Source: Sphingomonadaceae bacterium
GTDB lineage: Bacteria; Pseudomonadota; Alphaproteobacteria; Sphingomonadales; Sphingomonadaceae
Direction of reading: 5' to 3'
NCBI GenBank assembly: GCA_031426075.1
Contig: JANPKN010000262.1
Coordinates: forward strand, 1 to 54,021
DNA length: 54,021 bases
In this document: in pieces, positions 48,070 to 54,021 of the stretch
Layout of the letters: the number at the start of each line of letters is the position of its first letter
Position numbering within the stretch: position 1 is the first letter of the stretch
The notes under the pieces: model-generated
Database searches by the model: none
The model's input: only the letters and a program-made list of their open reading frames with translations
What the model was told of the DNA's origin: nothing
Made by a program: the position numbers and the translations under genes

Positions 48070-48963
48070 ATGACTAACACATTATTTCGCGATACTGGGG
48101 TCAACGATAGTTTGCTGCTTGACCGTGATGATAAGGCTCCAAAACTGCCAACGTGGTTCGATAAACCTGAGCCGCGCAGCTATCAGCCAAAGATGAAATT
48201 AAGAACTGTTTGGATATCCGACGTGCACCTTGGCACCGCGGGTTGCCAGGCTGGATTGCTGAGCGACTTTTTGCACTCGGTCGAATGTGACACTCTGTAT
48301 CTGGTCGGCGACATTGTCGATGGCTGGCGCCTGCGCAAGGGCTGGTATTGGCCCGACCAACATAATGAGGTTATTCGCCGATTGTTAAAAATGGCACATC
48401 GCGGCACACGTGTGATTTACATTCCCGGCAACCATGATGAGATGTTCCGCGATTATGCGGGCCTAAGCTTTGGCGGCATTGAAGTGCAATTGGAGGCCAT
48501 TCACACGACGGCTGACAATCGGGCGTTATTGGTGACCCACGGCGATGCCTTTGACGGCATTGTCCTCTATGCCCGCTGGCTCGCCTTTTTGGGGGATCAA
48601 GCCTACACTTTGCTGCTGAAGGCCAATGTCGTGCTCAATGCCGTTCGGCGGAAGTTCAATCTGCCGTATTGGTCGCTATCATCTTATTTGAAAAAGCGCG
48701 TCAAAAACGCGGTGCAATATGTGGGGCAATATGAAGAGGTGGTCGCCCGCGAGGCTCTTCAGCGCGGCGTGCAGGGCGTCGTGTGCGGGCATATTCATTG
48801 CGCGGAAATTCGGCAATTTGGCTCCATCACCTACTACAATGACGGTGATTGGGTCGAAAGCTGCACTGCGCTGACTGAAGCCAAAGACGGAACGATGTCG
48901 ATCATCGATTGGGCCGCGCATGTGCGTGATCGCGTAGCGAAGCATGCGGCGGCCGAAGCATGA
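48070..48963 (+). CDS. plcP: PlcP-type phospholipase C (calcineurin-like metallophosphoesterase, LpxH-like family)
   Basis: SDVHLG, GDIVDGW, GNHD (not LpxH-type GNRD), HGD, CGHIH, NDGDWVES; Pho box and adjacent GT4. Confidence 0.78.
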   Translation: MTNTLFRDTGVNDSLLLDRDDKAPKLPTWFDKPEPRSYQPKMKLRTVWISDVHLGTAGCQAGLLSDFLHSVECDTLYLVGDIVDGWRLRKGWYWPDQHNEVIRRLLKMAHRGTRVIYIPGNHDEMFRDYAGLSFGGIEVQLEAIHTTADNRALLVTHGDAFDGIVLYARWLAFLGDQAYTLLLKANVVLNAVRRKFNLPYWSLSSYLKKRVKNAVQYVGQYEEVVAREALQRGVQGVVCGHIHCAEIRQFGSITYYNDGDWVESCTALTEAKDGTMSIIDWAAHVRDRVAKHAAAEA

Positions 48964-50018
48964 GACTTGCCATCGCGACCGACGCCTGGGCACCGCAAGT
49001 CAATGGCGTGGTACGCACATTGACGGAAACCATTACCCGGCTGAAAGCGCGCGGGCACGATATTGAAGTCCTGGCACCGGACCGGTTCACGACAATCCCC
49101 TGCCCCGGCTATCCGGAAATCCGCTTGGCGCTTGCCCCGCGGTTCGGCGTGCGTAAGGCACTCGGCGCATTTCAACCTGACATCGTCCACATTTCAACCG
49201 AGGGCCCAATTGGCTGGAGCGCGCGCGCCTGGTGTCTAAAGCATGACGTGCCCTTCACAACGGCATTTCACACACGCTTTCCCGAATATGTTGCCGCGCG
49301 GACACGGCTGTCACCCGAACTCATCTGGCCAATCATGCGTAAATTTCACAGGGGATCACGCGCCGTGTTGACGGCCACACAAAGCTTGCGCGATGAACTT
49401 GAGAGCCGGGGCATTCACCAAACCCAGCTGTGGTCGCGCGGCATTGACCACCACCTCTTTCATCCAGCCCAGCCCAAGCACCCCAGCCTGCAACATCTTG
49501 CCAAACCAATATTGCTCTCGGTCGGCCGGGTAGCGGTAGAAAAAAATCTTGAGGCGTTTCTTGGCGCAAACATTCCCGGCACGAAAGTCATTGTCGGCGA
49601 TGGCCCTGCCCGCGCAAGCCTTGAGGCACAATTTCCTGACGCGGTCTTTCTCGGCACGCGCCAAGGCGCGGAACTGGCGAGCATCTATGCCTCTGCAGAT
49701 GTATTCGTGTTTCCAAGCAAAACGGATACCTTCGGACTTGTGATGCTTGAGGCTCTTGCCTGCGGAGTACCGGTCGCCGGCTTTCCCGTCCAAGGACCGC
49801 TTGACATCATCGGCGCAGAAGGCCGCGGACCATTGCGGACGCTTCCAAGGGCGGTCGGCAGTCTTAAGCTGGACCTTGCCGAAGCCATTGTACAAGCGGC
49901 TACCCTTAGCCGCGCTGACGCAGCTGGCTATGGCGCGGAATTTTGTTGGGATGCGTGTACCGACCAATTTGTGGGCGGCATTACGCAAGCAGATAGGCAC
50001 AACGCGTTAGCAGCCTAA
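48960..50018 (+). CDS. agt: GT4 glycosyltransferase, Agt-like glycolipid synthase
   Basis: TDAWAPQVNGVV, TEGPIG, HTRFPEY, GRVAVEKN, FPSKTDTFGLVMLEA; ATGA-coupled to plcP. Confidence 0.75.
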   Translation: MRLAIATDAWAPQVNGVVRTLTETITRLKARGHDIEVLAPDRFTTIPCPGYPEIRLALAPRFGVRKALGAFQPDIVHISTEGPIGWSARAWCLKHDVPFTTAFHTRFPEYVAARTRLSPELIWPIMRKFHRGSRAVLTATQSLRDELESRGIHQTQLWSRGIDHHLFHPAQPKHPSLQHLAKPILLSVGRVAVEKNLEAFLGANIPGTKVIVGDGPARASLEAQFPDAVFLGTRQGAELASIYASADVFVFPSKTDTFGLVMLEALACGVPVAGFPVQGPLDIIGAEGRGPLRTLPRAVGSLKLDLAEAIVQAATLSRADAAGYGAEFCWDACTDQFVGGITQADRHNALAA

Positions 50019-50083
50019 CCGTTTGCCGTTCTTGCAATGTTGACGCGACTTCCGCCAGTCGTTCACCTTATTCGACCAATTAA

Positions 50084-50108
50084 GGAACCTTCGCAGCGCA
50101 GTGCCATT
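50084..50108 (+). promoter_or_regulatory. Sigma-EcfG-type promoter for the three-gene stress operon
   Basis: GGAAC-N16-CATT, 33 nt upstream of ATG 50142. Confidence 0.65.
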
Positions 50109-50141
50109 TCTATTTTACCTACAAAATAGAAAGGGCCAATC

Positions 50142-50648
50142 ATGCAGCCAGAATCCGAAACTACGAGACCCGTGGGTGCCGAACTGCTTTCCGATGCAAA
50201 GAACATTGGAACGACAGCAGCAAATCGTCTCCACAGCGAAGTTGACGCACGCAAAAGCGACGCCGTTACACAAGTGAATGCTGTGTCATCGACCATTGAA
50301 CGCGCCGCAGAAGGGCTTGATGCCAACGCTCCATCTTGGTTGAAGTCCGCGCTTGAGCAAGGCGCACAACAAGTGAAATCATTCGCCGAGACGCTCGACC
50401 AAAATGACAGCCGTCAAATCTCCGCGCAGGTAACTGATTTCGCGAAACGTTCACCCGTTACCTTTTTGGGCGCGTGCGCAGCGGTAGGCTTCGCCGCCGC
50501 CCGAGTGTTCAAGGCTGGTAACGGCGAAAATGCGCCAACTCAAACGGGTTCGGTAACGCCCGCGCAATCGATGTCGCCTTCGTCCGCTGATTCCAACTCC
50601 ATTAGCGGTGCAATGACCGCAGGCACGACACGTGGAGAATTGGTGTGA
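50142..50648 (+). CDS. Hypothetical helical protein with ElaB/YqjD-like membrane anchor
   Basis: Amphipathic helices then KRSPVTFLGACAAVGFAAARVFK. Confidence 0.7.
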   Translation: MQPESETTRPVGAELLSDAKNIGTTAANRLHSEVDARKSDAVTQVNAVSSTIERAAEGLDANAPSWLKSALEQGAQQVKSFAETLDQNDSRQISAQVTDFAKRSPVTFLGACAAVGFAAARVFKAGNGENAPTQTGSVTPAQSMSPSSADSNSISGAMTAGTTRGELV

Positions 50649-51070
50649 CCGATCTCGACCGACGTGTCGTGCCAGCGGAAAGCCCGGCTGGCGGCAGCGA
50701 CAACATTGTAGATTTGCTGCGCGATTTGGTAAACCAAGGCTCCCATTTGGCTGATCAACAACTCAGCTTGATTAAAGCCGAAGTGCGTGAGTCCGCGAGG
50801 GATATTAAATCTGCTGCGGGCGGACTTATGGGTGCTGCAGTGGTCGGGATTTCCGGCCTTGGTGTACTGTTGATGGGGCTGGCTTACATCTTGGCCGATG
50901 CCATCGAAAATTTAGGTTTGGCCACCATCATAGTCGGCGCAGTTGCGTTGCTTTTGGCGTTCATTCTGTATCGCAGTGCAGCCGCCAAAATGGATGCAAC
51001 GCAGATCGCCCCAGACCGCACACAGCGCACCCTTCAACGTACGCCCGACGTCGTTCGCGGCGAGCTATAG
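50645..51070 (+). CDS. Phage holin family (YqjE-like) two-TM membrane protein
   Basis: LLRDLV...QLSLIKAEV, two TM helices, APDRTQRTL; GTGA overlap. Confidence 0.75.
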   Translation: MTDLDRRVVPAESPAGGSDNIVDLLRDLVNQGSHLADQQLSLIKAEVRESARDIKSAAGGLMGAAVVGISGLGVLLMGLAYILADAIENLGLATIIVGAVALLLAFILYRSAAAKMDATQIAPDRTQRTLQRTPDVVRGEL

Positions 51071-51082
51071 AGGATTATAAAC

Positions 51083-51964
51083 ATGACAAATACGACCCAT
51101 GAAGACCCTGCCACCATCGAACGTGAAATCCGTCGTACGCAGGAAAATATGAGCTCGACAGTCGACCGGATCGGTGACCAATTGAGCGTCAAAAATGTGT
51201 TCAACGCTTTGCTCGATAAGGCCGACGAAAATAACGTCGATGCGCGCATGTTGATTGACGGCGCTCGCAGAAACCCGATTGCACTTGGTCTAATTGCTGC
51301 CGGTGCCATCTGGTTGGTTAGCGACCGGGATTCAAAAATTCCGGCGATTGGAGGCAAGTCGCCCAAGCCATTTGACACCAGCAAAAGCCATCTGGATGTT
51401 AGCCATCATGACTATATATCCCATATGTCGGCGATTGAACGAAGGGCGGACGAGCAGGACGCGGAATATCAACGTCGCCGCGATATCGCACGTTCGAATT
51501 TTTTCATGGTGGAACGCCAGCATGAAGAAGACGAAAGCAGCTTCCGCCAACGCCTAGACTCCATATCGGAAAAGTTTCGCGACAAGCGTCGTGCGTGGGC
51601 CAACAGCTCGCATGATCTTCAAGACTCTGCGAAACATCAGGCGCAAGCTGCAGCGATGAAGACTCAAGACCTTTACAGCGAAAACCCATTAATCGGTGGA
51701 ATATTGGCAGCAGCAATCGGTGCGGCCTTTGGATCGGCTTTGCCAGTTACGCGGGCGGAGAAGGAAAATTTCGGTCCTATTGGTCAAAAGGCACGTGATG
51801 TCGTTGGTCAGCAAGCCGAGCAGATGGGAACAATAGTCCGCGACAAGAAAGATGAGTTGCTGGATAAAGCCGACGCAACACTCACAAGAGAGCCATCGTC
51901 GTCAAACGAGGCTGGCATAAGCGAAATGCAAAATGCCGACGCACCATTCCTGGTTCGCAGCTAG
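51083..51964 (+). CDS. DUF3618-like protein with two membrane-anchor motifs
   Basis: DPATIEREIRRTQENMSSTVDRIGDQLS N-terminus; RNPIALGLIAAG and ENPLIGGILAAAIGAAFG..LP. Confidence 0.72.
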   Translation: MTNTTHEDPATIEREIRRTQENMSSTVDRIGDQLSVKNVFNALLDKADENNVDARMLIDGARRNPIALGLIAAGAIWLVSDRDSKIPAIGGKSPKPFDTSKSHLDVSHHDYISHMSAIERRADEQDAEYQRRRDIARSNFFMVERQHEEDESSFRQRLDSISEKFRDKRRAWANSSHDLQDSAKHQAQAAAMKTQDLYSENPLIGGILAAAIGAAFGSALPVTRAEKENFGPIGQKARDVVGQQAEQMGTIVRDKKDELLDKADATLTREPSSSNEAGISEMQNADAPFLVRS

Positions 51965-51986
51965 AACGCTTTCAGCATAACAGTAC

Positions 51987-52018
51987 AGCCGCCGTCAGAA
52001 AAATTACTGGCGGCGGCT
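51987..52018. terminator. Hairpin between convergent units
   Basis: AGCCGCCGTCAG/CTGGCGGCGGCT stem (one G-U pair); weak U tract. Confidence 0.5.
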
Positions 52019-52098
52019 TCTGCGTTTCCGTTCCTATTTAACCAATCCACGGCAAATCGGAACTGGTGCGAAGCATAAAACAGATAATTGCTCAAAAT

Positions 52099-52311
52099 TT
52101 AGTTAGAATGGCCTACAACGTGCTGACCAAGGCGCGAACCCTGCGCGTCAAAAATCGTTACAATCGTGCTTATATTTCCGACGGCATCAGGAAGGCGCTT
52201 TAGCGCGTCATCCAAGGTCAAAAAGATGCTTTCAATATTTACTGCACCTTGTCGCAACAACTGCCATTCGTTGTTTTGGCTGTCTTCCAACAACTGATAT
52301 TGTTCAGGCAT
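52099..52311 (-). CDS. Small hypothetical protein (DUF2188-like pattern)
   Basis: 70 aa from ATG 52311: W.LLRQGA...IF.TLDDAL...VTIFDAQGSR; weak RBS. Confidence 0.45.
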   Translation of the reverse strand: MPEQYQLLEDSQNNEWQLLRQGAVNIESIFLTLDDALKRLPDAVGNISTIVTIFDAQGSRLGQHVVGHSN

Positions 52312-52329
52312 GACATGTATCCGACAGGT

Positions 52330-52389
52330 GAAAAAGAGGTGGACACACCGAACTAACAACGGGAGGATTCGCAGGCGGTGTGTCCAATT
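52330..52389 (-). ncRNA. Candidate small RNA (alpha-r8/suhB-like hairpin with UCCUCCC loop)
   Basis: 11-bp perfect stem TGGACACACCG/CGGTGTGTCCA, loop containing AATCCTCCCG, then CCTCTTTTT; EcfG-type promoter directly upstream. Confidence 0.6.
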
Positions 52390-52393
52390 GGCT

Positions 52394-52418
52394 AACATCA
52401 AAAAGTCATCATTGTTCC
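52394..52418 (-). promoter_or_regulatory. Sigma-EcfG-type promoter for the candidate sRNA
   Basis: Minus strand GGAAC-N16-TGTT ending 7 nt before the hairpin. Confidence 0.65.
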
Positions 52419-52518
52419 CAATTGGGATATCGCCCTACCCCGCTTGAGCTGGCCGATGAGGTCGCCCGCGCCAAACAGCAAATGTGCGTTCCTGCTGGAA
52501 TTGCAGACGAGGAAAAAC

Positions 52519-52740
52519 ATGTTTGCAATGGACTATCACGGCCCGCATCGGGTGCGCAGTCCACAAGTTGCCAATGTCCGAGTTACGTGATTATGCATTT
52601 GCGGATCAGGCGCGCTTCCCAAACACAGTCCCCGCGACACGCGTTGGCATGACGCTCGGATGCGAATATGCGATATTATTAAGGAAGTGGAACCTAACAT
52701 CCATCATCTGGAGGCAGGCGACCGAGTTATACTTGAGTAT
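52519..52740 (+). pseudogene. Decayed N-terminal fragment of a Zn-dependent (formaldehyde dehydrogenase-like) alcohol dehydrogenase
   Basis: GAGG RBS, then pieces across three frames: [13 protein letters not shown]...VRVT*LCICGS / [14 protein letters not shown] / [18 protein letters not shown], matching the MDR pattern CICGSD...GHE...GDRV with stops and frameshifts. Confidence 0.7.
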
Positions 52741-52747
52741 TCCGAAG

Positions 52748-52827
<80 letters not shown>

Positions 52828-52892
52828 ACATGGGATCACTGGTATAACAATGTCTTCGCGGCTGGCTGCCTACCGACTTCGCAATACGAAGG

Positions 52893-52969
52893 TGGTGGGC
52901 CCGGAGGGACTCGAACCCCCGACCTAGCCGTTATGAGCGGCCAGCTCTAACCAACTGAGCTACAGGCCC
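52893..52969 (-). tRNA. tRNA with CAT anticodon, probably tRNA-Ile2 (lysidine)
   Basis: GGGCCTGTAGCTCAGTTGGTTAGAGC...GCCG-CTCATAA-CGGC...GGTTCGAGTCC...CCA; GGGCC acceptor stem and no initiator features. Confidence 0.9.
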
Positions 52970-52997
52970 TGACCGGCTCGCCAACTACCTGCGCGCC

Positions 52998-53025
52998 GAT
53001 AGCCGAACTTTGGGAGAATGCGCAA
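52998..53025 (-). promoter_or_regulatory. Probable sigma70 promoter for the tRNA pair
   Basis: Minus strand TTGCGC-N16-GCTATC about 28 nt upstream of tRNA-Ile2. Confidence 0.45.
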
Positions 53026-53286
53026 GTCTTTATCTTACCTAAAACACGTAATTTGGGTGGCGATCTTAATTTCGGTCACTTTTGTCAGGCGAATGTCGTT
53101 ACGATGAGGGTGTCGACAGACGCCGCTCAGCCTCGCTTCAAGGTGGTTCCGTTGAGCGCCCCCGCAGCAAGCGAAGGCGGATGCGGCAAGATGTTCAATA
53201 AAGGGCCTGACGTCAACATTAGCAGAATCACATGCAGGAACTGCAGCTACTACTCATTTATCAACGCGTCCCTTCCCCCCGACATA

Positions 53287-54021
53287 TCACTCTCGCTCTT
53301 CGTCTTGGTAGTTGGACCTACCATCACTGACGGCCGGGACGGACACAATCAGTGCTTGATTATATAAGCGTAAGTCTCCGCCAACATTTCGTGCAAGGCT
53401 GCGGACAAGCCGTAACGAGAAACCAAGTCCAAGCAGTGGCGCCTCATCATTATTATCAATCGAGCCTGGGCCTGAGCCAAAAAGGTCGGATTCTTGCATA
53501 TCGACCAGCTTTTTGGGAAGTGTAAGCAAGAAGCGGTTGGTGGCATTCAACCCTGGCTCGGTACGGAAACGGCCGTCGAGAACTTCGCCGGGTTCGCAGC
53601 CAATGATAACAGCGGACAACAACCGGGAAAAAAGACGTTCAGCCGTTTGATGGTCAATGGCAAATGGCCTGACCGGGTGGGCATGTACAAGGTTGAGTGT
53701 CACCTGCAAAAGGTCACTCAAGCCGTGCAGCCGCTCGGCAAGTTTGTGCGATAACCATTCGCATTCGGTCGCGCCGTCTTCTGCCAGATAGGTACCTGTT
53801 TCAATGGTTGCTGCGGTCGAAAGGTCGTCAAAGCCGGACAGCAGACGTTCGGCATCATGTAAAATATTGCCCGCCAATATGCGGTAGTCCTCAGTCACGG
53901 GACCGAACAATTGCTGTTCGATAATCTCCGAAAAGCCAATAATCGCACCTAATGGAGTGCGCAATTCATGCAGCAGCTGTTGAATATGCTCCGCCTCGCT
54001 TGTATAGCTTTCCGGGATGAC
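53287..54021 (-). CDS. HisKA-domain sensor protein, C-terminal part (start beyond window end), degenerate ATPase domain
   Basis: Frame open to window edge: QQLLHELRTPLGAIIGFSEIIEQQLFGP; only LGLGFSL remains of the ATP-lid boxes. Confidence 0.8.
   Translation of the reverse strand, partial: VIPESYTSEAEHIQQLLHELRTPLGAIIGFSEIIEQQLFGPVTEDYRILAGNILHDAERLLSGFDDLSTAATIETGTYLAEDGATECEWLSHKLAERLHGLSDLLQVTLNLVHAHPVRPFAIDHQTAERLFSRLLSAVIIGCEPGEVLDGRFRTEPGLNATNRFLLTLPKKLVDMQESDLFGSGPGSIDNNDEAPLLGLGFSLRLVRSLARNVGGDLRLYNQALIVSVPAVSDGRSNYQDEERE

Noticed and set aside
48070-48963. Annotation as lipid A enzyme LpxH
   Set aside because: GNHD rather than GNRD, a Pho box and a coupled GT4 favour PlcP
50645-51070. 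Holin-family gene as evidence of a prophage
   Set aside because: No endolysin, structural or integrase genes; context is a stress operon

Overview
Alphaproteobacterial chromosome segment, most likely from a sphingomonad (inferred from gene order, the tandem-domain Hfq and protein style). Left (1-19 kb): core genes hflX'-hfq-ntrXY-ntrCB-dusB / ispDF-cinA / ratA-lipA, an sbtA-sbtB-beta-carbonic anhydrase-PPOX operon, a secreted M14-like peptidase, a DAG-kinase-family gene, ettA and an M28 peptidase. 19-27 kb: a general-stress islet (Ku-LigD NHEJ, single-domain response regulator, TrxB-like reductase, hemerythrin, MASE1-PAS-HWE kinase) with three GGAAC-N16-xxTT sigma-EcfG-type promoters. 27-50 kb: a ~23 kb phosphate-starvation island in which every transcription unit is preceded by 11-bp-periodic Pho-box-like repeats. 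It holds a complete T2SS (gspC-O), an ElpS-like surface lipoprotein plus TonB-dependent receptor, a secreted TPR protein, a second TBDR plus nucleotide pyrophosphatase/phosphodiesterase, and plcP-agt lipid remodelling genes. Right end: an EcfG-type three-gene membrane stress operon, a candidate ~60-nt EcfG-dependent sRNA with an anti-Shine-Dalgarno loop, a decayed Zn-dehydrogenase pseudogene abutting tRNA-Pro, tRNA-Ile2, and a partial histidine kinase with a degenerate ATPase domain. All calls come from reading motifs by eye; no searches were run.
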